Source: Bacillota bacterium (GTDB lineage Bacteria > Bacillota_I > Bacilli_A > RFN20 > CAG-826). Taken from it: a DNA stretch of 64,000 nucleotides. Positions 47,134 to 56,638 of the stretch are shown piece after piece. Positions within the stretch are counted from its first letter, which is position 1. Each line of letters begins with the position of its first letter. The notes under the pieces are model-generated. The model was not told where the DNA came from. It searched no databases and saw nothing but the letters and a program-made list of their open reading frames with translations. The translations under genes and the position numbers were made by a program. The stretch is taken from the NCBI GenBank assembly GCA_023393065.1, contig JAEWMX010000015.1, positions 16,221 through 80,220 of the forward strand. Reading direction: 5' to 3'.

Positions 47134-48016
47134 AGGCACCTGTCGAGATGTACTTGGCACCCCCGTCGGGAGCCACTGTTAGTATAACAGCATTTTTAAC
47201 TTCGCTAGAAACTATTTCGCTAGCTAAAATGGCGGCGGCGCTCGAAATGCCGAGAAAGAGGCCTTGGCGGGCTAATTGCCTGGCTTTTTTGACGGCGTCG
47301 GCACTGGCGATTGAGATGATGCGGTCGACTTCTTTGGTTTCAAGAAGCGGGGGAACGAAACCGGCGCCGATTCCTTGAATCTTATGCGGTCCTTTGGGAA
47401 AGCCTTGAAGGACGCGAGATTCTTCGGGTTCAACAGCGATGATATGCAAATTGGGATAAAATTTGCGAATGATGCGAGCTAATCCGGTTAGGGTACCGCC
47501 CGTGCCAACACCGAGCACGAGATAATCTAGCTTCGGAAAATCTCTGAGTATTTCTTCGGCGGTCGTCTTCATGTGCGCTTCAGGATTAGCGCGATTGCGG
47601 AATTGGTCGATGTAGACATAGCCTTCCTGCTCTAATTCTTTAGCTTTGGCGATAGCGCCTGACATGCCGAGAGTTGCTGGGGTTAAAATAATATGCGTAC
47701 CATAGGCACGGAAGAGATCGACGCGCTCTTTAGACATGTTTTCGGGCATGATGGCGGTAAAGGAAATGCCTTTGCTGGCCAAGACGAAGGAAAGGCCGAT
47801 GCCAGTATTTCCGGAAGTAGCTTCGACGACTTTGCTCTCGCTATTTAAAAGACCGCGTTCAAGCAGGTCGTCGACCATGCTGAGGGCGATGCGATCTTTG
47901 ACCGAACCGCCTGGGTTAAACATCTCTAATTTTACATATAGTTTGTTATGGTTTATCGACGGCAATTGCAGGTGTGGAGTATTGCCGATTAATTCGGTGA
48001 TATGATTGTAAATCAT
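47123..48016 (-). CDS. cysK: cysteine synthase A (O-acetylserine sulfhydrylase)
   Basis: PLP-lysine motif [29 protein letters not shown] loops. Confidence 0.93.
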   Translation of the reverse strand: MIYNHITELIGNTPHLQLPSINHNKLYVKLEMFNPGGSVKDRIALSMVDDLLERGLLNSESKVVEATSGNTGIGLSFVLASKGISFTAIMPENMSKERVDLFRAYGTHIILTPATLGMSGAIAKAKELEQEGYVYIDQFRNRANPEAHMKTTAEEILRDFPKLDYLVLGVGTGGTLTGLARIIRKFYPNLHIIAVEPEESRVLQGFPKGPHKIQGIGAGFVPPLLETKEVDRIISIASADAVKKARQLARQGLFLGISSAAAILASEIVSSEVKNAVILTVAPDGGAKYISTGAYED

Positions 48017-48094
48017 TGTTTAGGTCCCCTTTGTTGTCTATAATAATATATTAGTTGATTTAGCAAGACAAACGAAACGATATGAGGTGCGTTC

Positions 48095-49030
48095 ATGAAG
48101 AAAAAGGATTATCGATTAATATTTATGGGAACGCCCGATATCGCCGCGATCGTCTTTCAGGACATGATTGAAGACGGCTATCGCTTTGTCGGTCTCATCG
48201 CCCAAAGCGATTCGCCGATCGGACGAAAAAATGTGCTGACCAAGGTTCCGACTAAGGTCGTGGCCGAAAAATATGGCATCCCCGTCTATCAACCAGAAAA
48301 AATTCGCCTCGATTATGAATTCGTCAAAGATTTAAAGCCGGATTTAATTGTCACTTTCGCATATGGGCAAATCATCCCACAGGGGTTGCTTGATATTCCG
48401 CGTTTCGGGTGTCTGAACTTACATGGTTCAATCCTTCCCAAGTATCGCGGCGCCGCCCCGATTCAAAGGGCCATCATGGAAGGCGAGACAAATACGGGGA
48501 TCACGCTGATGGAAATGATCGATAAGATGGATGCTGGAAAAATGTTTGCTAAAGCATATGTTGATATTCTACCTGATGATAATTATTCGACTTTATCGTT
48601 TAAAATGGCTCGGGCCGCTTCTTTTTTAGCTCGCGAAAAAATACCTCTTTACCTGATTGGCAAATTGCCAGGCGAAGTGCAAGATGAAAGTTTGGTGACC
48701 TTCGCTAATAAGATCAAACCTGAAGATGAAAAACTCGACATCAACCTTCCCGTCGCGCGAATGATTAATCACATTCGGGCTCTAAGCGAAACTCCAGGAG
48801 CTTTTCTCTTGCTCAATGACCAAAAATTGAAAATATACAAAGCCGTCTACCACTCTTCAGACATCAGCGGCCCCCTCGGCGTCGTCGTCTCCTTAAAAGG
48901 CGGCATCATCGTCCAGCTTTGCGATGGGCAAATCGCCTTGCTCGACATTCAACTCGAAGGCCGCAAACGCCTCTTTTACAAAGATTTTATCAACGGCCAG
49001 AAAAATCTCCTCGGGACAACTTTAATCTAA
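48095..49030 (+). CDS. fmt: methionyl-tRNA formyltransferase
   Basis: IFMGTPDIAA N-terminus, LNLHGSILPKYRGAAPIQRAI motif (HxSLLPxxRG). Confidence 0.93.
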   Translation: MKKKDYRLIFMGTPDIAAIVFQDMIEDGYRFVGLIAQSDSPIGRKNVLTKVPTKVVAEKYGIPVYQPEKIRLDYEFVKDLKPDLIVTFAYGQIIPQGLLDIPRFGCLNLHGSILPKYRGAAPIQRAIMEGETNTGITLMEMIDKMDAGKMFAKAYVDILPDDNYSTLSFKMARAASFLAREKIPLYLIGKLPGEVQDESLVTFANKIKPEDEKLDINLPVARMINHIRALSETPGAFLLLNDQKLKIYKAVYHSSDISGPLGVVVSLKGGIIVQLCDGQIALLDIQLEGRKRLFYKDFINGQKNLLGTTLI

Positions 49031-49031
49031 T

Positions 49032-51371
49032 ATGGATAATCGCCTAAAGCTTTCGGTCCATCAACTTGTTGATTTTGTTCTTCGCACTGGCGACATCGAC
49101 AACCGCATCTTTAATCGCAGCTCGATGAGCGAAGGAACGCGAATTCACGCTTTCTATCAGAGTAAACAAGATAAGAACTACTTATCCGAATATTTGCTCG
49201 GGGGAACTTTCTACGCAAGCGGATACACCGTATTTCTCGAGGGACGAGCCGATGGCATCATCGTCACCGGCGATTTTGCAATTATCGACGAAATCAAGTC
49301 GACCGTCGTCGAACTCGAAGACTATCACACTTCGCAAGAAGCATGGCACGTCGGTCAAGCCCAGTGCTATGCCTTGATGTATGCCATGGAGAAAAATCTC
49401 GAAAGCGTCGGCGTGCGCCTTACTTATATCCATCAGACCAAAGATGATAAAATGGTCAAAAACTATGTTTTTACCCGTGCCGAACTCGAAGCAAAAATCA
49501 TCTCTTATCTCGAATCATATCTTTCTTTTTATAGCACAATCGTCCGCCGTATCGAAAAGCGCAACGAGACGGCTGGAACCCTCAACTTCCCCTTTTTGAA
49601 CTTTCGCAAAGGTCAAAGGGAGTTGGCAAAGTATGCCTATGGCATCGCCAAAAGCGGCGGTACCTTGTTCGCCGAAGCTCCGACCGGCATCGGTAAGACG
49701 ATTTCGACGCTTTATCCTTTCGTCCGTTCCTTTAGCGATGGCGTAAACGAAAAGATTTTTTACCTCACGGCTAAGAATTCCGGAAAAGAGGCGGCGTGGC
49801 AAGCTGTCGAACTGATGAAATCAAAAGGCGTTGAATTAAGCGAAGTGGTCGTGACCGCCAAAGATAAAATATGCTTTTGTCCAGGCAAAGCCTGCAATCC
49901 CGACGAATGCCCGTTTGCCAAAGATTACTACACCAAGATTCGCGATGTATTGACAAAATCGCTGGCCCGCTACGATGCTTTTGATCCCGCAAGGGTCAGC
50001 CGAATCGCCGCCGCCCATCATATTTGTCCTTTTGAACTGCAACTTGATATCTCCTTATATGTCGACATCATAATCTGCGACTATAATTACCTTTTTGATC
50101 CACTCGTCTATTTCCGGCGCTATTTTGATAACGATGCCTCTCGCATGCTCGCTTTAGTCGACGAGGCTCATAATCTCGTCGATCGCGGACGCGACATGTA
50201 CAGCGCCTCAATTGATTCGCTGGCTTTTGAAAAAGCTCGCAAAGCCGTTCGCAAACTCGAGCACAAGAAGATGAAAAACGCCGTTAATCGCATCGCCAAG
50301 TTATTTAAGGGACTGAAAGAATCAAGTCCTAGGGGCGAGACGATTATCGAAAACTTTGAGGCCAAGACAATTCGCGCTCTCGAAGCTTATTTATTGGCCG
50401 CTCAAGATGTCAATCGCAATCATCATTCGTATGTCGATGAAGACTTTCGCCAGTTTTTTCTCGACATCAATCGCTTCTTAAAAATACTAGAGTTCATCGA
50501 TGATAGTTTCACTCTTTATGTCACCAACACTAACGATAAAATCGTTAAGATAAGTATTTTTTGTCTCGATCCGAGCCGTCATCTCGCGCGAAGCCTGGCC
50601 CAAGTCAAAGGTCGTATCCTCTTCTCGGCGACCTTATCGCCTCATGACTATTACGTCGATGTGACCGGCGGTCGAAAGGAAGATCCAGTCTTGCTTCTAC
50701 CATCGCCTTTTGACGCGAATAATCTCCTCTTGATGATCGCACCGACCGTATCGGTCAAGTACAAAAACCGCGCCGAGACATATCGAGTGGTCGCCCAATA
50801 CATCGAAAATTTCGTATCCCACAAGACGGGGAACTATTTGATATACGCTCCGAGCCACGCTTATCTAGCCGAGTTGGTCGAAATTTTAAATATCCCAGTT
50901 GAATGCGATGTCTTTATCCAAAATCGCGAGATGGATGATCTCGACAAGGAAAAATTCTTGGAAAATTTCGTTCTGAATCCGACCAAGACGACGATCGGAA
51001 TCGTCGTGGTGGGCGGGGTATTCGGCGAAGGTATCGACTTAGTCGATGATCGTTTGATCGGTGTCGCGGTCATCGGCGTCGGCTTGCCGCAAATCTGCTT
51101 TGAGCGCGATTTGATTCGCGACTATTTTAATAAGCGCGGTCAGCAAGGTTATGAATACGCTTATGTCAATCCGGGCATGAATCGCGTCATGCAGGCGGTG
51201 GGTCGCGTCATTCGCAGCGAAAAAGACCGCGGCATGGCCCTTTTGATCGACGACCGCTTTCTCAACTCTCGTTATCGCGATCTCTTCAAACACGAATGGT
51301 CGCATTACGATGTCGTGATATCACCGGACGATATGGCGGAGAGCATCTCATCTTTTTGGAAAAAAGCATGA
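49032..51371 (+). CDS. RecB-like PD-(D/E)XK nuclease domain fused to an XPD/DinG-family Fe-S DNA helicase
   Basis: N-terminal nuclease motifs GRADGI (D74), IDEIKS (D86/E87/K89), QAQCY (Q109..Y113). Helicase Walker A AEAPTGIGKT, Cys cluster C281/C283/C288/C293/C332, DEAH box VDEAHNL, motif VI QAVGRVIRS. Confidence 0.85.
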   Translation: MDNRLKLSVHQLVDFVLRTGDIDNRIFNRSSMSEGTRIHAFYQSKQDKNYLSEYLLGGTFYASGYTVFLEGRADGIIVTGDFAIIDEIKSTVVELEDYHTSQEAWHVGQAQCYALMYAMEKNLESVGVRLTYIHQTKDDKMVKNYVFTRAELEAKIISYLESYLSFYSTIVRRIEKRNETAGTLNFPFLNFRKGQRELAKYAYGIAKSGGTLFAEAPTGIGKTISTLYPFVRSFSDGVNEKIFYLTAKNSGKEAAWQAVELMKSKGVELSEVVVTAKDKICFCPGKACNPDECPFAKDYYTKIRDVLTKSLARYDAFDPARVSRIAAAHHICPFELQLDISLYVDIIICDYNYLFDPLVYFRRYFDNDASRMLALVDEAHNLVDRGRDMYSASIDSLAFEKARKAVRKLEHKKMKNAVNRIAKLFKGLKESSPRGETIIENFEAKTIRALEAYLLAAQDVNRNHHSYVDEDFRQFFLDINRFLKILEFIDDSFTLYVTNTNDKIVKISIFCLDPSRHLARSLAQVKGRILFSATLSPHDYYVDVTGGRKEDPVLLLPSPFDANNLLLMIAPTVSVKYKNRAETYRVVAQYIENFVSHKTGNYLIYAPSHAYLAELVEILNIPVECDVFIQNREMDDLDKEKFLENFVLNPTKTTIGIVVVGGVFGEGIDLVDDRLIGVAVIGVGLPQICFERDLIRDYFNKRGQQGYEYAYVNPGMNRVMQAVGRVIRSEKDRGMALLIDDRFLNSRYRDLFKHEWSHYDVVISPDDMAESISSFWKKA

Positions 51372-51412
51372 AGTTTTATAACTTCTTGCTATAATATTTC
51401 GGAAGAGAAAAT

Positions 51413-53221
51413 ATGACCTACGATCAAAGCCGCATTCGCAACTTCTCCATCATCGCTCACATCGACCACGGGAAATCAACCCTCGCCGATCGCATTTTAG
51501 AATTGACGAACACGATTGAGAAGCGCCAGATGAAAGAGCAGTTGCTCGACAATATGGATCTCGAACGCGAACGCGGCATCACCATTAAACTCAATGCTGT
51601 TTCACTAAAATACAAAGCCGATGACGGCATCACCTACGATTTCAACCTCATCGACACTCCCGGGCATGTCGACTTCACATACGAAGTATCGCGCTCGCTG
51701 GCCGCTTGCGAAGGCTGCCTTTTAATCGTCGATGCGACACAAGGCGTTGAAGCGCAGACGCTCGCTAATGTCTACCTCGCGGTCGATAACGATTTGACGA
51801 TCGTGCCGGTCATCAACAAAATTGATCTCCCTAGCGCGATGCCAGAGGTCGCCCTTGATGAAATCAAAAATCGCATCGGCATTCCGGTTGAAGAAGCGCT
51901 TTTGATCTCGGCCAAAACCGGTCAGGGCATCAAGAGTGTTCTCGAAGCTATCGTCAAATACATACCGGCTCCATCGGGAGATATCAACGCCCCTTTGCAA
52001 GCCCTCATTTTCGATTCTTATTACGATTCTTATCGCGGCGTCATCGCACTCGTGCGCATCAAAAACGGACAAGTTAAAATCGGGGACCGCATTCGTTTAA
52101 TGTCAACTGAAAAAGAGTATCTGGTGACCGAGGTCGGCTACCATGCTCCCCACGAGGTCAAAAGTGAAAAACTCATGACCGGACAAGTCGGTTATATCGC
52201 CGCCCAAATTAAAGATATCAAAGATATATTCCCTGGCGATACCATCACTTTGGTCGATCGACCAGCTCGCGAAGCCCTACCCGGTTATCGGCGCATCAAC
52301 TCGATGGTGTTCTGCGGTTTATATCCCGTCGACAGCAAGATGTATCTCGATTTGAAGGACGCTTTAGAAAAGCTTGCGCTAAACGATTCATCGCTTGTTT
52401 TTGAACCGGAGACATCACAAGCTTTAGGCTTTGGCTTTCGCTGCGGCTTCCTCGGACTCCTCCATATGGATGTCGTCCAAGAACGGCTCGAGCGCGAATA
52501 TGGCCTAAATCTCATTTTAACGGCCCCTAGCGTCGTCTATCGCATCAATTTGACCGATGGCTCGACCATCACTCTCGATAACCCGTCCAAGCTCCCGGAG
52601 CCGACTTTGATCGAATCGATTGAAGAGCCGTATGTCAAAGCGGCGATCATGACTCCGAAAGAATACATCGGTCCAATTATGGAACTCTGCCAAGAAAAGC
52701 GCGGCATCTATGTCGATCTTGAATATTTCGATGACACGCGCATGATATTAAATTACGAGCTGCCGCTTCTTGAAATTATTTATAATTTCTTTGATAAGCT
52801 AAAAAGCTACACGCGCGGTTACGCATCATTTGATTACAATCTCAGCGACTACAAAGCGTCCAAATTAGTGAAGATGGATATTTTGCTCAACGGCAATGTC
52901 GTCGATGCTTTATCGAGTATTATCCATCGCGATTCGGCCTACAATCGCGGCAACTCGATTGTCAGAAAGCTCAAAGGTATCATTCCTCGCCAGCAATTCG
53001 AAATTCCCGTCCAGGCGGCCATCAACGGCAAAGTGATCGCTCGCGCCGATGTCAAGGCGGTTCGCAAAGACGTCTTAGCTAAGTGCTACGGTGGTGATAT
53101 CAGCCGTAAGCGCAAGCTTCTCGATAAGCAAAAAGAAGGCAAGAAACGCATGAAGACAATCGGTAGCGTCGAGGTCCCTCAGGAAGCGTTTATGACGATA
53201 TTATCTATAGATGACGATTAA
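51413..53221 (+). CDS. lepA: elongation factor 4 (LepA)
   Basis: [33 protein letters not shown]. Conserved LepA C-terminal domain. Confidence 0.97.
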   Translation: MTYDQSRIRNFSIIAHIDHGKSTLADRILELTNTIEKRQMKEQLLDNMDLERERGITIKLNAVSLKYKADDGITYDFNLIDTPGHVDFTYEVSRSLAACEGCLLIVDATQGVEAQTLANVYLAVDNDLTIVPVINKIDLPSAMPEVALDEIKNRIGIPVEEALLISAKTGQGIKSVLEAIVKYIPAPSGDINAPLQALIFDSYYDSYRGVIALVRIKNGQVKIGDRIRLMSTEKEYLVTEVGYHAPHEVKSEKLMTGQVGYIAAQIKDIKDIFPGDTITLVDRPAREALPGYRRINSMVFCGLYPVDSKMYLDLKDALEKLALNDSSLVFEPETSQALGFGFRCGFLGLLHMDVVQERLEREYGLNLILTAPSVVYRINLTDGSTITLDNPSKLPEPTLIESIEEPYVKAAIMTPKEYIGPIMELCQEKRGIYVDLEYFDDTRMILNYELPLLEIIYNFFDKLKSYTRGYASFDYNLSDYKASKLVKMDILLNGNVVDALSSIIHRDSAYNRGNSIVRKLKGIIPRQQFEIPVQAAINGKVIARADVKAVRKDVLAKCYGGDISRKRKLLDKQKEGKKRMKTIGSVEVPQEAFMTILSIDDD

Positions 53222-53257
53222 TTTAGCATAAGTTTAGTATTTTTTTAGTTTATTTTC

Positions 53258-53285
53258 TTGACACATTTTTTGTCTTGCTTATAAG
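53258..53285 (+). promoter_or_regulatory. candidate sigma-A promoter of the Fic-like gene
   Basis: TTGACA (53258-53263), 16-nt spacer, TATAAG (53280-53285). Confidence 0.5.
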
Positions 53286-53305
53286 ATAGAGATGAGGACA
53301 ATAAT

Positions 53306-54691
53306 ATGGCAAATTCAGATCTATCCATTCGCTTCACTGACGAGAGCTATTCGACACGCACTGATGTCATGCGCGCCCTAAATACAAGTTTGATCGATTC
53401 TATCTGGCGCAATATCGAAGAGTACCGGAGTCGGTTCAGCCGTATTTTATCTCTTAGAGATATCGCAAAGCGTCCCTTTCGCGTGACCTTCACGCCTAAT
53501 ATCACCGATAAAATAACGAACCTCGAGCGTAAATTTGCCCGAGCCATGAGCCAGTTCAGCCAACTCGATCGCAATGATTTGGAAAGAATATCTATCCAAA
53601 GGGAGAGCTATCGCAAAATTCTCGCATATTTTGCTCAGAAGAATAATATTTTGGCCACCGATGTCGATATCATGGCTATCATCACAAATCAGAATTTTAA
53701 TTCTGCGCATCAAAGCCTCGTCGATTATTACAAAACTTTAAGGCACTTTGAAGAGTATCATCACGATCCCATCGACGATAACTTTCTCGCCGATTTTCTA
53801 GCGCGCATTAAAGGTCAAGACGAACTCGTCAGCTTCTATCGAGAAAAAGATTTTACTAGGCCGCTTCAAACCGTCATCGGCAAAGAATATGACTTTGCTC
53901 CGGCCGCGACCATCGAATTCTTGATGAACGACCTATTTGATTTTATCAATAACAGCGAAATCAGCTTCATCGTCAAATTGGTGGCCGCCTATTATTTTAT
54001 CGACTATGTCAAACCATTTGACAATCACAACGAAGAAGTTGCCGCCGTCTTGGTGAAGAGCATTTTAGCCCACAATGATATCGGAGATGTCAGCGCCTTC
54101 TTGCCAATTGAAGCCCTTTTTGCCTTGCGAAATGAAAATTTTCGCAAAATCTTTCTCGAAGTGCAAAAGACCAATGATTTGACCTATGCTCTCCTAGCGA
54201 TTATCGATGTCCTCGTCGGCGAGATTCAGAATTTTTTGGATTTGATCACCCAAGTCAAGATGACTGAAGTTAAAAAAGAGTTCCGCTCCCTCGGCAGCGA
54301 AGGGCCTGTCGCCAAAGCTGTCAACGAACCAAAAGCTGAACCAAAACCGGTCATCAAACAAGACGCGGTGGTTTCATTTCCAAAAGTTGAAAAAGAGCGG
54401 CTATCCGAGGTCGGCGCCATGACACAACCCATCGAACTTCCAAAGGAAGAGGATGTGCGAAGCGTTATTAAAAACCTCTTGGAATCAAATCCGCTTCTGC
54501 GGCCGAAGCAGGCCGAGTTCTACGCTCGCCATCGCACGGTTGGAAAATACTATACGATCGCCATGTATAAAAAAGAGATGGATGTCGTCTATGAAACGGC
54601 GAGAACTTCAATGGACAATTTAGCCCAACTCGGTTATTATCGTCGTGAGAATATCAAAAACAAGTTCGTCTACACACCAATAAAAAAATAA
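53306..54691 (+). CDS. Fic-domain-like protein with degenerate active-site motif and C-terminal winged-helix-like region
   Basis: 461 aa. The segment LVAAYYFIDYVKPFDNHNEEVAAVLVKSIL (motif at 54011-54046) sits where Fic proteins carry ..H.F..IHPFxDGNGRxxR; the His, Gly-Asn-Gly and Arg residues are replaced. The ORF itself is well supported; the family call is tentative. Confidence 0.5.
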   Translation: MANSDLSIRFTDESYSTRTDVMRALNTSLIDSIWRNIEEYRSRFSRILSLRDIAKRPFRVTFTPNITDKITNLERKFARAMSQFSQLDRNDLERISIQRESYRKILAYFAQKNNILATDVDIMAIITNQNFNSAHQSLVDYYKTLRHFEEYHHDPIDDNFLADFLARIKGQDELVSFYREKDFTRPLQTVIGKEYDFAPAATIEFLMNDLFDFINNSEISFIVKLVAAYYFIDYVKPFDNHNEEVAAVLVKSILAHNDIGDVSAFLPIEALFALRNENFRKIFLEVQKTNDLTYALLAIIDVLVGEIQNFLDLITQVKMTEVKKEFRSLGSEGPVAKAVNEPKAEPKPVIKQDAVVSFPKVEKERLSEVGAMTQPIELPKEEDVRSVIKNLLESNPLLRPKQAEFYARHRTVGKYYTIAMYKKEMDVVYETARTSMDNLAQLGYYRRENIKNKFVYTPIKK

Positions 54692-54706
54692 ATTGAGGCC
54701 CCAACC

Positions 54707-54994
54707 ATGAAACAATTACTGAACATCTTAGCATCATCCGGATGGGAAACTCCGGTCATCCTCTTTTCTCTACTCGGCTTTTTTGGACTCGTCGTCCTCG
54801 GCGTCATCTTCGCTAAGAAGCACATCAAAGGCCTACAAAGTAAAGACGATCAGCCCATCGACGAAGAAAAAGCTATCGAAGAAGAGCTCAAACGCGTGCT
54901 TGAACCGATTGAAGATGAAAAAATTCAAGAGGAGATGGCTAAAGCCACCCATGAAAAAGACCTCGGCTCAAACGAAGACAAACCCCAAGATTGA
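54707..54994 (+). CDS. small single-pass membrane protein with acidic C-terminal tail
   Basis: 95 aa. One TM (PVILFSLLGFFGLVVLGVIFA) followed by a Glu/Lys/Asp-rich tail. No family recognised. Confidence 0.5.
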   Translation: MKQLLNILASSGWETPVILFSLLGFFGLVVLGVIFAKKHIKGLQSKDDQPIDEEKAIEEELKRVLEPIEDEKIQEEMAKATHEKDLGSNEDKPQD

Positions 54995-56072
54995 TTCTTT
55001 ATACATCCACATTCCATTTTGCCATCATCTATGTCATTACTGCGACTTTCCCAAGATGCTGTACGACGAGAAAATGGCTTTTTCATATCTTGAGCATCTC
55101 TTTCAAGAGTTAGATTCACATCGCATCAATCAAGTCAAAACAATTTATGTCGGTGGTGGTACGCCGAGCGCTTTGAGCGATTCGCTGTTTGAAAGATTGT
55201 TGCAAAGGCTCCGTCCCCTCCTTGCCGATGGAGGCGAATTTAGCATCGAGGCAAATGTCGAGAGTTTGAGCGATCAGAAACTCTTGATGATGAAAAGCTA
55301 CGGCGTCAATCGCCTCTCGATTGGCGTCCAATCGACCGACGACGATATCTTGGCTAGCCTCAATCGCAAACACAGTTATGAAGATGTCAAAAGAGTGGTG
55401 GCAAGGGCTCGTCAAACCGGCTTTGATAATATAAATCTCGACTTGATTTTCGGTATTCATTCGCAAAGCGAAAGAACTCTAAAAAAAGACTTAAAAAGGA
55501 TTTTGGCACTCAAGCCCGAACACCTCTCGCTCTACTCGTTGACCGTCCACCCCGGCACCATCTTTTTCTTGCGCGGAGTCAAAGAGCAAGGCGAAGATGA
55601 TTCGCGAAAGCACTATGACCTGATCATTAAAAACCTTCGGAAAAGCGGTTATGTCCGCTACGAAGTATCGAATTTCGCAAAACCCGGATTTTCGTCTCGA
55701 CACAATCAGACATATTGGCAAAATCGCGAATACTATGGAGTCGGTCTTGGCGCCTCGGGTTTTGTTCATGGCGTTCGCTACGACAATACGAGAAGTCTAA
55801 CTAAGTACCTCGCCGGACAATATCGTCAAAGCGAAGAAATAATCGCAAAAGACGAAGACGAAAAATACTACTGGATGCTCAACTTGCGACTCGCATCCGG
55901 CTTCTTGATAAGCGACTATGTTCAAAGATATGGACGAGAATTGCTCGAAACGAGGTTGGTCGCACTCAACGATGCGATAAAAAGTGGGCTTCTGATAAAA
56001 AATAGTGATCGAATTTACCTTTCTGACGATGGAATGATGATTTTAGATCGTATTTTGCTTACAATATTATAG
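54951..56072 (+). CDS. hemW: radical SAM heme chaperone HemW (HemN-like, oxygen-independent coproporphyrinogen oxidase family)
   Basis: LYIHIPFCHHLCHYCDF (CxxxCxxC) starts 15 residues after ATG 54951. GGGTPS motif. lepA...hemW-hrcA synteny. The track start 54783 adds a basic, low-complexity N-terminus overlapping the previous gene. Confidence 0.88.
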   Translation: MKKTSAQTKTNPKIDSLYIHIPFCHHLCHYCDFPKMLYDEKMAFSYLEHLFQELDSHRINQVKTIYVGGGTPSALSDSLFERLLQRLRPLLADGGEFSIEANVESLSDQKLLMMKSYGVNRLSIGVQSTDDDILASLNRKHSYEDVKRVVARARQTGFDNINLDLIFGIHSQSERTLKKDLKRILALKPEHLSLYSLTVHPGTIFFLRGVKEQGEDDSRKHYDLIIKNLRKSGYVRYEVSNFAKPGFSSRHNQTYWQNREYYGVGLGASGFVHGVRYDNTRSLTKYLAGQYRQSEEIIAKDEDEKYYWMLNLRLASGFLISDYVQRYGRELLETRLVALNDAIKSGLLIKNSDRIYLSDDGMMILDRILLTIL

Positions 56073-56074
56073 TT

Positions 56075-56497
56075 ATGGAAATCGCCCGCTACGAAAAACG
56101 CATCTTCGCCTATCTCATCGATCTCGTCTTAGCGGTCGCCCCATCTTGTGCGGCGGCTATCGTGATGTATATCTATCTGCCACCGAATTTTGATATACCG
56201 CTGTATTTTTATGCTCTCGGTGTGGAAATCGCTTCTTACCTCCTCTTTATCATCTTCACTTTCTTCTTCATACTAATCTCTAAAGGTTATACCTTTGGTT
56301 CTCTTATTATGGGCATCAAAATCATCCATCCCAACCGCATACCTCTCACGGCCCGCGATGCCTTTTTAAGAGGGGCGACAATCGGCGTTTTGCCGATGGT
56401 GCTCGTCAATGCCATATATATGATTTCGGTCCACACTGAACGCACAATTTTCGATCGCATCACCGAAACTGTCGTCGTCGATTATCGGCATCGCTAG
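56075..56497 (+). CDS. RDD-family membrane protein
   Basis: 140 aa. RIFAYLIDLVLA N-terminus, 3 TM helices, pattern typical of the RDD domain. Confidence 0.75.
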   Translation: MEIARYEKRIFAYLIDLVLAVAPSCAAAIVMYIYLPPNFDIPLYFYALGVEIASYLLFIIFTFFFILISKGYTFGSLIMGIKIIHPNRIPLTARDAFLRGATIGVLPMVLVNAIYMISVHTERTIFDRITETVVVDYRHR

Positions 56498-56515
56498 TTG
56501 ATGTATCGGCTTACT

Positions 56516-56536
56516 AACCACATTTATGTGGTTTTT
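56516..56536 (+). terminator. intrinsic terminator upstream of the hrcA promoter
   Basis: AACCACA-TTTA-TGTGGTT followed by TTTTC. Confidence 0.65.
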
Positions 56537-56551
56537 CTTATGCCAATTTTT

Positions 56552-56579
56552 TTAGCACTTACTACTTGACAGTGCCAAA
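56552..56579 (+). promoter_or_regulatory. degenerate CIRCE-like inverted repeat overlapping the hrcA -35 box
   Basis: TTAGCACTT-N10-AGTGCCAAA. The left arm is near-consensus; the right arm has mismatches and the spacer is 10 nt instead of 9. Confidence 0.4.
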
Positions 56580-56593
56580 AGAGTCTATATAAT
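56566..56593 (+). promoter_or_regulatory. sigma-A promoter of the hrcA-grpE-dnaK-dnaJ operon
   Basis: TTGACA (56566-56571), 16-nt spacer, TATAAT (56588-56593). Confidence 0.65.
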
Positions 56594-56597
56594 ATAG

Positions 56598-56624
56598 TTA
56601 GCACTCAGCCAACAAAAGTGCTAA
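56598..56624 (+). promoter_or_regulatory. CIRCE operator (HrcA binding site)
   Basis: TTAGCACTC-AGCCAACAA-AAGTGCTAA versus consensus TTAGCACTC-N9-GAGTGCTAA (one mismatch). Located between the -10 box and the hrcA RBS. Confidence 0.9.
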
Positions 56625-56638
56625 ACAAGGAAACGAAA

